From the NCBI GenBank assembly GCA_051013385.1, contig CP143273.1:224001-288000 (forward strand): a stretch of DNA of 64,000 nt, given 5' to 3'. A program made the translations under genes and the position numbers. Positions 51,004-62,204 of the stretch are shown here, piece after piece. The notes beneath the pieces were generated by a model that saw only the letters and a program-made list of their open reading frames with translations, was not told the DNA's origin and did not search any database. Source of the DNA: Phormidium sp. (GTDB taxonomy: Bacteria > Cyanobacteriota > Cyanobacteriia > Cyanobacteriales > Aerosakkonemataceae). Positions within the stretch are counted from its first letter, which is position 1; each line of letters begins with the position of its first letter.

Positions 51004-53563
51004 GTGCGATTCGTTCCTGCCAAAATGGAAGGTTAATAACCCGAAGTGCAAGCAGGGTAAAAGGCTCTCAGTCATTCGTAACGACTGAAATAAACCTTTT
51101 AACAACTTAGTAACCGTAGCGGTGTAATTCCGCTCTCGCCAGATGCAGGCGATGACAGCATATCCCATCCTGGGGAGACCGAGCATCAAACCAGGAAAGC
51201 TGGGAAAGTAAGGCGGTATATCGGAACCTGACCTGATAAACTCCGTCACCCACAGTTAGTCATGGTTAGTAAGCGAACTTCTTACAGAACCATCGTCAAT
51301 ATGTGACAAGCCTAAGCAGGTTATCGGCTTGCCCAAAAGGAAAGGGAAACCCTGCCCAGAAGGGACGGGCATTGGGCATTAAGCTCTACTTCTTAATGCT
51401 AAGAGCATAACAGATTCGGGTATCTGTTAAGTTTGCATCCAAACAGCCCTGGTGGAGAAGAAGAACCTAAAACTAACGTCAAACGGTAACTAGGAACGAA
51501 GTAACTCAATGTGTTCTCTTATGGTAGGTCGATTACCATAAGCAGTCACTCAGGCGCAAGACATATTGAGTGGGATTGCCTAAGAAGCAATTGCTCCTGG
51601 TAATGCGGGAGATAAGCAGACGTAGGCACGTTGATTCGGATGGTAAGGCAGTAAGTAGCAATAAATATGTCTAAAGCCGAACTAAGTTTCAGGATGGAAT
51701 GGTCACACGATATCCCTGTTTTCAAAGGGGTAGTACATGAAGAATGGAAAAAACTACCTTGGAGAGGAATAGAAAAGCGTGTTTACAAGTTGCAAAAACG
51801 GATTTACCGAGCCGCGCAGCGTGGTGATGTCAGAGTACAACGCAGACTCCAGAAAACACTGATGAAGTCTTGGTCAGCAAAATGTCTGGCGGTAAGAAGG
51901 GTCACTCAGGACAACCAAGGCAAAAAAACGGCAGGAGTGGATGGGAAGAAAAGCTTATCCCCAGAAGCACGTTTAAAACTGGCAAACAACCTGAGACTAA
52001 CACAAAAATCCCAACCAGCACGACGGATTTGGATACCCAAACCGGGAAGAGACGAAAAACGACCCTTGGGCATACCGACCATACATGACCGTGCATTGCA
52101 GGCGCTAGTAAAACTAGCATTGGAACCAGAATGGGAGGCACGCTTCGAGCCAAACAGTTACGGTTTCAGGCCAGGGCGCTCATGTCATGACGCTATCGGA
52201 CAAATATACCTCAGTATCAACAAAAAGCCGAAATACGTGCTAGATGCTGACATAGAAAAATGCTTCGATAGAATCAACCATCAGGTTCTTCTATCTAAAT
52301 TAAATACGTTCCCCACCATGAGAAAACAAATCAAAGCATGGTTAAAAGCGGGAGCGATAGATGAGGGAACATTCACGGCTACATCTGAGGGAACCCCTCA
52401 AGGTGGAGTAATATCGCCATTACTCGCCAATATAGCCCTTCATGGTATGGAGTCACTAGTCAAGAAGTTGTCCAAAGACGCTTGCCTAGTTAGATACGCC
52501 GACGACTTTGTGTTATTACACAAAGACATAACCATAGTCCACAGATGTAAGCAAAAGATAGAAGAATTCCTGAAAGACATGGGTTTAAGGTTGAAAGACA
52601 GTAAAACGAGAATTTCTCATACCCTCCACAAGTATGAGGGAAGCATCGGATTTGACTTTCTGGGATTCAATATTCGCCAATACAAGGTGGGAAAAACTCA
52701 CTATGGAAAAACAGGCGGAAGAAAAAGTCAAATACTAGACTTCAAAACCAACATCAAACCAAGCAAAGAGGCGTTGAAAAAACACAGGACAAAAACGGGT
52801 AAAATCATCCACGAACACAAGAATCAATCACAGGCATCGCTTATCAAGCACATTAATCCTGTAATCAAAGGGTGGAGCAACTACTACTCATGTGTGGTCA
52901 GCAAAGAAATATTCTCCAAAGCTGACAGTATCATTTACCAACAACTCAGAGCTTGGGCGGTTAGAAGAAGAGGAAGGAAACGCATTACAAAAGTAATGAA
53001 AAAGTACTTCCACACCGTCAATGGGAGAAATTGGGTCTTCTCAACAAGAGAAGAAAACCCATTAAGACTATTAAGACACGCTGAAACTCCAATAGTTCGG
53101 CACATCAAGGTAGTCGGAGATAAAAGCCCGTATGACGGGGACATCATATACTGGAGTACAAGAATGGGGCAAAACCCGGATATGCCAAAAAGGATGGAGT
53201 ATCTCCTGAAGGCACAAAACGGAAGATGCGCCCACTGTGGATTACTCTTTAAAGATGGGGATTTAATGGAATTAGACCACATCATCAGAACCTCCCTTGG
53301 TGGAACTGAAAAGGTCAACAATAAACAACTTCTCCATCGACATTGCCACGACCATAAAACAGCTTGTGATAAACAAGTTACTGGCAACAAAGAATTAGAA
53401 AGGTACATTGAACAAAACCCTTTCTAATCGCCTAAGCCCTACAAATGGGTAACGCGGTATGTGGTGACAAACACCGGAACAACAAGGAGCCGTATGCGGT
53501 GAAAGTCGCAAGTACGGTTTTGAATGGGAGGGTAGAGGGGTAACTCTCTACTCGACCCCTAAC
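51004..53563 (+). mobile_element. Group II intron
   Basis: 5' end GTGCGATTCG; TTCGTTCC/GGAACGAA closing of domain I; domain V GAGCCGTATGCGGTGAAAGTCGCAAGTACGGTTT; domain VI ending CCCTAAC. Confidence 0.93.
51667..53427 (+). CDS. ltrA: Group II intron reverse transcriptase/maturase with HNH endonuclease
   Basis: RPLGIPTIHDR, GTPQGGVISP, RYADDF, GWSNYY, CAHC...DH...H..CH. Confidence 0.96.
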   Translation: MSKAELSFRMEWSHDIPVFKGVVHEEWKKLPWRGIEKRVYKLQKRIYRAAQRGDVRVQRRLQKTLMKSWSAKCLAVRRVTQDNQGKKTAGVDGKKSLSPEARLKLANNLRLTQKSQPARRIWIPKPGRDEKRPLGIPTIHDRALQALVKLALEPEWEARFEPNSYGFRPGRSCHDAIGQIYLSINKKPKYVLDADIEKCFDRINHQVLLSKLNTFPTMRKQIKAWLKAGAIDEGTFTATSEGTPQGGVISPLLANIALHGMESLVKKLSKDACLVRYADDFVLLHKDITIVHRCKQKIEEFLKDMGLRLKDSKTRISHTLHKYEGSIGFDFLGFNIRQYKVGKTHYGKTGGRKSQILDFKTNIKPSKEALKKHRTKTGKIIHEHKNQSQASLIKHINPVIKGWSNYYSCVVSKEIFSKADSIIYQQLRAWAVRRRGRKRITKVMKKYFHTVNGRNWVFSTREENPLRLLRHAETPIVRHIKVVGDKSPYDGDIIYWSTRMGQNPDMPKRMEYLLKAQNGRCAHCGLLFKDGDLMELDHIIRTSLGGTEKVNNKQLLHRHCHDHKTACDKQVTGNKELERYIEQNPF

Positions 53564-53596
53564 TCTGACAGATCTCAAGCAACGGAGACTAGCAAC

Positions 53597-54676
53597 TTGG
53601 TCGCCTCTAAAGACACACCAGCAAAGACAGAACAACAGCCTTTTATCACCGACCAGGCTGTACTGGAAAAAATCATTATCAGCAAACTGAACACTCGCAT
53701 TTATCCGCGTGGAGAATTAGTACTGCCTTGCGTGCCATCCATGCTAGATAATTACATGAAGCGACTGGAAACACTCTTTGAAACCTTTGGTAGACCTTTT
53801 TCACAAGCAGAATTAGATCAGTTGCGTCAGATTCTTAGTAAAAGACTACAGCAAGGATTTGAAGTTTCTCCCCACTCTAACGTAATCATTAAATACGAGC
53901 CAGCCAAAGCGCCAGAAGTGGGTTTAACTTGCAACATTTCCACAGCCGTTTCTACAGTTGCAGACCAATATAAAAGCTGGGTAGAAAACAGAAAACCCCC
54001 CTTATTTGGTTCTCATCCAGATGCCAAAGTCATGTCTGTGGTAAAAGAAATGAACCAAGACCCTAGTACTACACCAATTTTAGATGTAGGAGCCGGAACA
54101 GGTCGCAACACATTGCCATTAGGAAGACTCGGTTATTTAGTTCACGCTGTAGAATTAACCCCCGCTTTTGTCCAACAAATTCAAGCATCTGTAGAAGCAG
54201 AAAGTTTGCCAATAGTAGTTACTGAAGGTAACATTCTCGACCCAATGGTAAGAATGCGACCTGCACACTATAAATTAGCAATTGTTTCCGAAGTAATTTC
54301 CCATTTTCGCGATGCAGATCAACTGCGACTTTTGTTAGCGAAAATGAGTGATGTTCTGCGTTCAGGTGGGTTATTACTATTCAATACTTTCTTGGCTGTT
54401 GATGGTTATGAACCCGATCGAACTGTCAGAGAAATGGCAGAAATTGCTTGGTCATCTGTATTTACAAGAGCAGATTTAAAATCAGCAATGGAAGGTTTAC
54501 CATTGGAAATAATTTCTGATGACCCAGTATTTGAATATGAAAAAGAAAATTTACCAGAAGAAGCTTGGCCCCCCACAGGTTGGTTTATTAATTGGTCAAC
54601 TGGTAGAGATCTTTTCCCTGTAGCTAATGGTAGACCACCAATGGAATTACGCTGGTTACTTTGCCAACGAACTTAA
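53597..54676 (+). CDS. Class I SAM-dependent methyltransferase
   Basis: ILDVGAGTGRN; TTG start after GGAG. Confidence 0.88.
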   Translation: MVASKDTPAKTEQQPFITDQAVLEKIIISKLNTRIYPRGELVLPCVPSMLDNYMKRLETLFETFGRPFSQAELDQLRQILSKRLQQGFEVSPHSNVIIKYEPAKAPEVGLTCNISTAVSTVADQYKSWVENRKPPLFGSHPDAKVMSVVKEMNQDPSTTPILDVGAGTGRNTLPLGRLGYLVHAVELTPAFVQQIQASVEAESLPIVVTEGNILDPMVRMRPAHYKLAIVSEVISHFRDADQLRLLLAKMSDVLRSGGLLLFNTFLAVDGYEPDRTVREMAEIAWSSVFTRADLKSAMEGLPLEIISDDPVFEYEKENLPEEAWPPTGWFINWSTGRDLFPVANGRPPMELRWLLCQRT

Positions 54677-54762
54677 ACTAATTGTAGGGTGCGTTACACG
54701 GCGTTAACGCACCAATAATTTTTCACATAAAGCTAATTTCTTAGAGTTGGCGATCGCTCTTT

Positions 54763-54868
54763 TCAACCATTCCCCAAAGTCAAAATACCTGAGAACATAT
54801 CCACTTTCAGCAATCAACTCAATTTCAAAAAATAACTCTTCATCATCCCCAAATTTGCCTACAATCAT
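54763..54868 (-). pseudogene. Internally deleted aspartyl-protease-like gene
   Basis: N-terminus MIVGKFGDDEELFFEIELIAE joined out of frame to C-terminus VDMFSGILTLG; family recalled from similar cyanobacterial proteins. Confidence 0.6.
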
Positions 54869-55182
54869 ATTGTGCCAGCTACTCCTGTTTCATTGATTCG
54901 GAAGATGAAAACAGGAGCATTTGGGTGTTTATTTCGAGACATTTTTACAGCAGCTAATTCATCCCGATCGATAAAATAATCTCCACTCTCAGGTTCAACA
55001 GCAATATACCAGTTGTAATGAGTTTTAATTAACTCTGGTTGCACTCGTTTAAAAATTACTTCGCAACGCTGACGGAAGGCTTTGCTTTCAGCTTGCCATT
55101 GCGCTTTCCTTTCCTCAGACTATTGGATTTCTGGGAAAATTCTGCCTCGTCGTACCACCCGATTAGATTTAGTTTCAGCCAT
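54865..55182 (-). pseudogene. Conserved hypothetical gene with nonsense codon
   Basis: MAETKSNRVVRRGRIFPEIQ*SEERK...INETGVAGTI; in-frame TAG at 55120-55122. Confidence 0.7.
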
Positions 55183-55214
55183 TGGATTTCCAGTGAAAAA
55201 TTATTAGTTTAATT

Positions 55215-55319
55215 TAGGACTTACGCACCATAAGCCAAGAAACCCGGTTTTTCGTTACTACGAAGTACGCTGAAACAACCCAATTACGTTAAAAAACCGG
55301 GTTGGGAGCGTAAGTCCTA
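55215..55319. mobile_element. MITE, TAGGACTTACGC ends
   Basis: TIR plus TAATT duplication; carries an AAACCCGGTTTTT hairpin. Confidence 0.8.
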
Positions 55320-55376
55320 TAATTATAAAGCCACCCGACTCGGAGAATCAGGTGGCTTAAATAAATTATCCATCAA

Positions 55377-55694
55377 TTAAATGAAACCTTGTAAACGTTG
55401 AATTAGTTGTGCTGGCTGAACTACACCTTCAATTCTTTCTACAGGATCGGCATTTTTAAACAGGATTAAAGTTGGCAAAGCGTAAATATTATATTGCGAT
55501 GCTAACTCAGGATACTTTTCGGAATTAATTTTCACAATTCTTAACCGATCGCTTAACTGAGCATTCACATCTTCTAAAATCTTTGCCATCATTTTACAAG
55601 GGCCGCACCACTCAGCATAAAAATCCACTAACACAGGCAAATCGGACTGACTTAACAAATCGTCAAAACTTGTGAACTCTTGCTTTGTCGCCAT
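55377..55694 (-). CDS. Thioredoxin
   Basis: VDFYAEWCGPC. Confidence 0.95.
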   Translation of the reverse strand: MATKQEFTSFDDLLSQSDLPVLVDFYAEWCGPCKMMAKILEDVNAQLSDRLRIVKINSEKYPELASQYNIYALPTLILFKNADPVERIEGVVQPAQLIQRLQGFI

Positions 55695-55787
55695 ATAATA
55701 AAACCCCTTTTTGAACAACCATAAATACATCCTAATTCCTTATTTAAAAAATTCTGTCCGACTAGGGTACAAATCAACCTAAGATAG

Positions 55788-56606
<819 letters not shown>

Positions 56607-56911
56607 CTAATTTTAGATTTTAGATTTTAGATTTTAGGTTCTAAAATCTAAAATCCAGTAATTACGGACTGCTTTTTGTTCTAAACTTTCTGGACAAACA
56701 CACTTTTGGCGATCGTCAATTTTTGATTTGGTTGTTTTTCTCTTTCTGGCAATCATAAGTTATTTCCTTGCTCAAGCAATTTCATATTTTGAAGTTTGGT
56801 TTAATTTAAAATCTCTAATAATAAATCTAAATTTTTTGAGAGCGAGGTAAAATAAAGTTCCCTTCGCTCTCAAAAATTAGTGCATGAAAATTCTTAGGTA
56901 CTCAAAGGAAC

Positions 56912-57313
56912 TTAAGGTTCCATTTTGACTTTCACTCGACAACCGATGTTGAATATATTAGAACCACATTCCAGAGCGATCGGTTTACCATCATTGTCCT
57001 TCGCACTACAGCTAACGTAACCATTATTATCGGTGTCCCTCATCATACATTCAATGGGTTGAACGTTGGCGTGTTTAGACCAATCTTTCAGCCCTTTAGT
57101 GGCAACTATGTTGACCCAATAGAAATTGAGGGTAAATATGGCAACAGCAAAGATAACTAAAACTGTACCGATGATACCAGCTTTCAGTTTCCAATTATTT
57201 AAAAATCCACTTGTGGTAGCTGGAACTACTTTTTTTGCAGGAGCAGTTGTATCTGTGGGAGTTACAACGGTCGGAGATTGATTTGTTGTTTGTTCTGATT
57301 GAGTTTCAGACAT
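56912..57313 (-). CDS. Single-pass membrane hypothetical protein
   Basis: TM helix followed by a Cys-containing domain (DTDNNGYVSC). Confidence 0.7.
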   Translation of the reverse strand: MSETQSEQTTNQSPTVVTPTDTTAPAKKVVPATTSGFLNNWKLKAGIIGTVLVIFAVAIFTLNFYWVNIVATKGLKDWSKHANVQPIECMMRDTDNNGYVSCSAKDNDGKPIALECGSNIFNIGCRVKVKMEP

Positions 57314-58215
57314 GGGAGCTTTCCTAATCCATTAACTCAGACTAAACTGGTCAGCGACCACCATCAGAGAAGGTAGTCACAGGACAACTGTAACATCTCC
57401 CATTGTGAGCTTCACTCTAGCATCCCATTTAATTCTCGGTAATTTAATTCTGTTATCAGAAATCTTGATACTACCTTCGAGGTAAAAGCTGTCTTTGATG
57501 TTCTTCTTTTTAAACCTTGGCTAGCTACAAAGATCGTGTTTAGCCACTAAAGTCATCCCAGTAAAACTTGCTGAGTATGTTGCCAGATGTCTAACACAAT
57601 ACATTCTAGCAAAACTTGTTGTTTCCAACAACAACAGCACCCAAACTGGACTTACCGAGTGATTTCCTCTGTTAGTTAATTCAAGTTGGAGAGACAATGA
57701 AAAACTTAGCTTCTGTTGTCTTACTCCCCTTTTTTCAGTTGAGGAAATATCAGTTTTCTAGTTGTTGAGTGCTGTTGTTAGTTAATACAAGAGATAGTAA
57801 ACGAAACAGCTTTTTTCCTCCTTAATTCAATAGTGGGCTTAGGCTGTAATCTCTATCTGAGAAGCTCTAGAAGCTTCAATTATTAATTTACCATCTTCTC
57901 AATCTTCTGCTTAAAAATGATAAATAACTTTACTTTTACCCTGAAACTAAATAATTAGACTATCTCAACTATAGGGAAATAATTCTGGGGAACGGTTTTC
58001 TGCAAAGCCTCGTAACGCATGGAGGTTAGGATCGGGATGATGCACCGCAGGCGATCGCTAACACAGAGAATGTTAAAGAAAGCTCGTGCTATGAGATACC
58101 AAGTGCGATCGCAAATCATGTCATGTCTGACGATAGAACAAATAGGAGAAACGGAATACTAAGCTTGTGGGATAACCTGTTTTGTGTAAGTGCAAAGTTA
58201 TGACATCAGATATTC

Positions 58216-58560
58216 ATGAAGACGATCGCCAAGAAAGCCGTAAATACGACCCTTCTCAAACAACTCAATAGTGGTACAAAACCAACTTCACAAGAACTGT
58301 TCCACTACTTCCCTCCAGCAGTGCAAGACCGACTTTTACAAAACACTTTAGCCGAAAGTATCGTTAGCACTAGTTCCCAAGTAGATCCTACCACTGGACA
58401 GTTATTTGAAGGCGATCGCCTTATCGAACGAGTAGCTCAAAAACACTTTGGCGGAGAAAATAGCAAAGTAGATGCCAACTACTCCGATATCTATGGTAAT
58501 TACTCGCTCAAATCCTACGGAGAGAAAGTGTTACAACTTTATAACTACAACAACAAGGAT
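58216..58560 (+). pseudogene. Gene fragment, possibly from a plasmid-type cell-wall enzyme
   Basis: IERVAQKHFGG...SDIYG...SYGEKV segment; ORF runs on into unrelated sequence. Confidence 0.35.
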
Positions 58561-58699
58561 AATTGCTTGTCTAATTCTCAGAATAGCAATTTTCTTGGTT
58601 CTGCTATTGCAGGGAGTACCACTCGCTTAAAGATTGCATCAATCATTGGTTTGCTAGGTTTAATCGGCTACTTCATGCAATTTCTTCACCCACTGACAT

Positions 58700-59232
58700 T
58701 ACCAAAAAAATACCAATTATTTTTATTAGTGCTGCCGACGATGTGTTTGACAAAGTTAAAGGGTTTGAAGTCGGGGGTGCTGACTACATCACCAAACCGT
58801 TTGAATCGATTGAAGTAGTAGCACGAGTCGAACAACAATTAGCGATGCGTCGCTGTCAACAGAAACTATTTGCCAAGAATCAACAACTCGCTACACAGAA
58901 TATTCAACTACAACAGGAAATTAAACAGCGACAGCAGACAGAACGACGTTTGAAAGTTTTTGTCCATGCTGTTTCCCACGATTTACGAAATCCCGTCACC
59001 GGAATTTCATTGTTACTGCAAACTTATCTAAATAACACTACGGCAGATGTTGTACTTGACAGGCAGATTGTCGAAACAATGTTGGATAGTTGCACTCGGC
59101 AACTTCAACTGATTGATTCTTTAGTGGAAACGCAGCTATTAGAAACGTCGCGCTATCCGTTGATCTTACAACCAATATCGCTGCACGCTTTGACCAGTCG
59201 TATTTTGAAAAACTGGGAACCGATGTTTGAGT
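58700..59232 (+). pseudogene. Fragment of a hybrid response regulator/histidine kinase
   Basis: IPIIFISA...GADYITKPF, then SHDLRNP; lacks the REC N-terminus and the HATPase domain. Confidence 0.8.
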
Positions 59233-59390
59233 TCGACGGCGGCACTCATTGCTTGTAGACCATCCTGCGGTTGTCCTACAACTTGAAAAGCAGGTTGAGC
59301 AGAAAGTGCGTGCCGTAGCCCTACCTGCAACATCGGGTTATCTTCCACAATCAAAATTGTTTTTGGTTTTATGTCAATCTTGGTAGACAT
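59224..59390 (-). pseudogene. N-terminal fragment of a NarL-type response regulator
   Basis: ILIVEDNPMLQVGLR...FQVVG; breaks off before the phosphoacceptor Asp. Confidence 0.75.
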
Positions 59391-59539
59391 TTTATCTCTT
59401 CTCCAAAGAATTGTTTAACGAACTAACTTTTCCGGCAACGTTGGCAAATTCTATCGGTCGCTCGGTAGAAGAAAGAGTTACATTCTTGCACTATCTTGCG
59501 GGAAGCAACGGTAAATTTTAATCATTTCTTTCTTATTAC

Positions 59540-60178
59540 TTAAAGCGGTATTTCCTCAATTTGATCTAGGCTTTTTGCTAGGGCGAGTGCTACATCTGTA
59601 TTTTTTGTATTGGTAGTAATAGATAGGTTCATTCTCTTCACTAACCAATTGCGGGTGAGCTTATGTTGTTTGCTATCCCAGTTAAATACTACTTTTTGAG
59701 CAGTTTTTGTCGGATGGAGTGCTAAAACAATCAGTTGCATTTCATCAGGATTTACTTGAAAATGTTCGGTTGCTACCCATAACTTAATTCGGTCTGAATA
59801 ACTTAGGTTAGGATGACGAATTCCCCATTCAAATAGTCGCGTTCTTCCTTTGATAATCCCTACATTTGTCTGCACTTCTATGAGTGGAAAAGATGAATTA
59901 TTGTTGGCATTCTCCGATTTCCACTCTAATCTAGCTGTAATTGTTAGGTCAACAAAAAGCTTCTTGTGAGGAACAAATAGACTAGGTGCTAGTTCTTTTA
60001 ACGATCTAACCCATTGTTGAAATTGGGGATAGTTGTCAAGAATTGGTTCTACTGGCAATCCCATTAACACTTGTTTGACAAGTAACTGGAATTGTTGTTG
60101 AATGTGGCTAGGAACTAAAGAAGAGGTAGATTTGTGACTTTTAATTGGTTGAAAGTCTGACAAAGTTAGCAGTTTCAT
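59540..60178 (-). CDS. Hypothetical protein
   Basis: 212 aa ORF starting MKLLTL; faint resemblance to PD-(D/E)XK proteins. Confidence 0.55.
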   Translation of the reverse strand: MKLLTLSDFQPIKSHKSTSSLVPSHIQQQFQLLVKQVLMGLPVEPILDNYPQFQQWVRSLKELAPSLFVPHKKLFVDLTITARLEWKSENANNNSSFPLIEVQTNVGIIKGRTRLFEWGIRHPNLSYSDRIKLWVATEHFQVNPDEMQLIVLALHPTKTAQKVVFNWDSKQHKLTRNWLVKRMNLSITTNTKNTDVALALAKSLDQIEEIPL

Positions 60179-60274
60179 AGTTTCAGAATGAGTACTAATT
60201 CTGAAACTTAAGTGGCGGTTGCGCCACTGGAACACCTAAGTTTTTGTCGAACGAGGACTGGCGCGAGGTGCAAT

Positions 60275-61117
60275 ATGGCTGGAGAAGATGGAAACAAAGT
60301 CATCATTTTTGACACTACTCTGCGCGATGGAGAATTAATGCCGGGGGTGCAAATTAATGTGGAGCAAAAACTGGAATTGGCTCAGTTTTTAGAATTCATG
60401 AAAGTTGATGTAATTGAGGTAGGATATCCGGCAACTAAAGAGAAAGATTTTGCCGCTCTCTTCCAAGTGGCTCAACTTGTAAAAGATTCGATCGTTTGCG
60501 CTTTAGCTAGCGATAAACTTGAAGAAATTATAATGGCAGCCCAGGCAATTAAACCTGCGGCTCAAGGTAGAATTCATCTTTACACTTCTGTAAATTTAAA
60601 AGATCGATCGATCCATAGTCAAGCAGAAACACTAGCCCGGATTCGAGAAAGCGTGAAAACAGCAAAAAACTATTGTGCAGATGTCGAATGGTCAGCGTTT
60701 GATGCTACTCGCTGCGAACCAGTTTTTCTGTGTCAGGCGGTGGAAACAGCTTGTGCTAGTGGAGCAACTACTATTAGCATTCCTGATAGTTTGGGAACAG
60801 CTTCCCCGGAATCATTTAGTCAACTAATTCAAATGGTACAGCAACGGGTGAGGGAGATCGATCGTGGCATTACACTCTCAGTTCACTGTCATGATGATTT
60901 AGGTTTGGCTGTCGAAAATTCAATAGCTGCTCTCCACAGTGGTGCAAGACAAATTGAATGTTCTATTAATGGGTTGGGAGCGAGGAAAGGAAATGCTGAT
61001 TTAGCAACAGTGGTGAGAGAAATCGTTCGGATGTCTGATTACTATACAAATGTGAATCTAAATCAATTAGATTCAGCTTCCGAATTAGTTAAACAAATCA
61101 TAGAACGAATTCCTTAA
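60275..61117 (+). CDS. Short LeuA-like DRE-TIM protein (catalytic barrel only)
   Basis: [33 protein letters not shown]. Confidence 0.8.
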   Translation: MAGEDGNKVIIFDTTLRDGELMPGVQINVEQKLELAQFLEFMKVDVIEVGYPATKEKDFAALFQVAQLVKDSIVCALASDKLEEIIMAAQAIKPAAQGRIHLYTSVNLKDRSIHSQAETLARIRESVKTAKNYCADVEWSAFDATRCEPVFLCQAVETACASGATTISIPDSLGTASPESFSQLIQMVQQRVREIDRGITLSVHCHDDLGLAVENSIAALHSGARQIECSINGLGARKGNADLATVVREIVRMSDYYTNVNLNQLDSASELVKQIIERIP

Positions 61118-61146
61118 ACTAAATATAGGAGCGGGAGGCTATAGCT

Positions 61147-61437
61147 ATGAATATTGATGAGTTACTCAAACAAAAACGAGAAGAAATTCTTTCTCTTGCT
61201 GCACAACATGGTGCATCAAATGTGCGGATATTTGGTTCTGTAGCGCGAGGTGTTGCCAAACCGGATAGTGATGTAGATTTCTTAGTAGAAATGGAGACGG
61301 GGCGAAGTCTTTTAGATCGGGTAGCACTTATACAAGATTTAGAAGACCTTTTGGGCAAAAAAGTTGATGTAGCAAATGTCAAAGGTCTGCGGGATGTGTG
61401 GCGCGATCGTATTTTGAATGAGGCAGTTCCATTGTGA
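61147..61437 (+). CDS. MNT-type nucleotidyltransferase antitoxin
   Basis: IFGSVARG...DSDVDFLV. Confidence 0.92.
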   Translation: MNIDELLKQKREEILSLAAQHGASNVRIFGSVARGVAKPDSDVDFLVEMETGRSLLDRVALIQDLEDLLGKKVDVANVKGLRDVWRDRILNEAVPL

Positions 61438-61778
61438 CAAACGATCGGGTTTTTTTAGAAGATATTATCGAACGAATTGAGCGGATTGAATCTTACACGC
61501 TAGGTGGTAGGGAGGTGTTTTTGTCATCAGTTTTGATTCAAGATGCAGTGATTCGTAATTTTGAAGTTATCGGAGAAGCGGTTAAGCAGCTTTCTTTGGA
61601 GTTGAGGCAGAATCATTCAGAAGTTCCTTGACGAAGAATTGCCGGATTTCGAGATGTCCTAATTCACAATTACTTGGGTATAGATTTAGATGAAGTTTGG
61701 AATGTAGTCGAACTAAATTTGCCATAACTCAAGGAGAGAATTTTACTAATTTTACAGGAACTAACCAATGAAACCTGA
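61434..61778 (+). pseudogene. HepT/DUF86 HEPN toxin pseudogene
   Basis: DAVIRNFEVIGEA and RDVLIH; in-frame stops at 61629 (TGA) and 61725 (TAA). Confidence 0.85.
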
Positions 61779-61851
61779 AGAGTTTACCGCCGCATTGAAT
61801 CTTTTGGAGAAGCACATTTAATATGCGCTTCTCCAAGTTCACCTAATCGAA

Positions 61852-62012
61852 TTATGTTTCAGTTAATGAGAGCGCATCACATAAAAGCAGTCCCATTTCT
61901 TTAAGCAAACCTTTATTACCATCAGGACAACCAGGTTGAATCAAACATTTAGGACAACCGGATTCACATTCACAATTCCGAGCTAATTCCCCTGCCACTT
62001 TAGCAAGTTTGA
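61852..62012 (-). pseudogene. C-terminal fragment of a DUF1998 Zn-binding helicase
   Basis: LARNCECESGCPKCLIQPGCPDGNKGLLK. Confidence 0.7.
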
Positions 62013-62204
62013 ACAATAGTAATTGTATTTAAGTCTAGGGTTTCTATATTTTTAGCTACTTTTGGCAGAGAACTTAAATGTGTTGCCGCACCAGCAAGAA
62101 GCACTTGATCTCCCGGCCCTTCTACCATTAAATTACAATGGCTAATGTAAACTGAAAAAAATATTTTAAATATTTTATGTATAAGGGTCTAGAGTTCTTG
62201 CTGA

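Noticed and set aside
50962..51249. 95 aa minus-strand ORF
   Set aside because: Antisense to intron domain I, which is structured RNA
51667..53427. RT as a retron, DGR or defence RT
   Set aside because: It lies within canonical group II intron RNA ends and carries maturase and HNH domains
50963..53568. TAACTCTGA on both sides of the intron as a TSD
   Set aside because: The left copy is about 40 nt from the intron start, and group II introns do not create TSDs; likely chance
57987..58060. GC-rich stretch as a tRNA/tmRNA remnant or att site
   Set aside because: No cloverleaf, T-loop or recognisable RNA end
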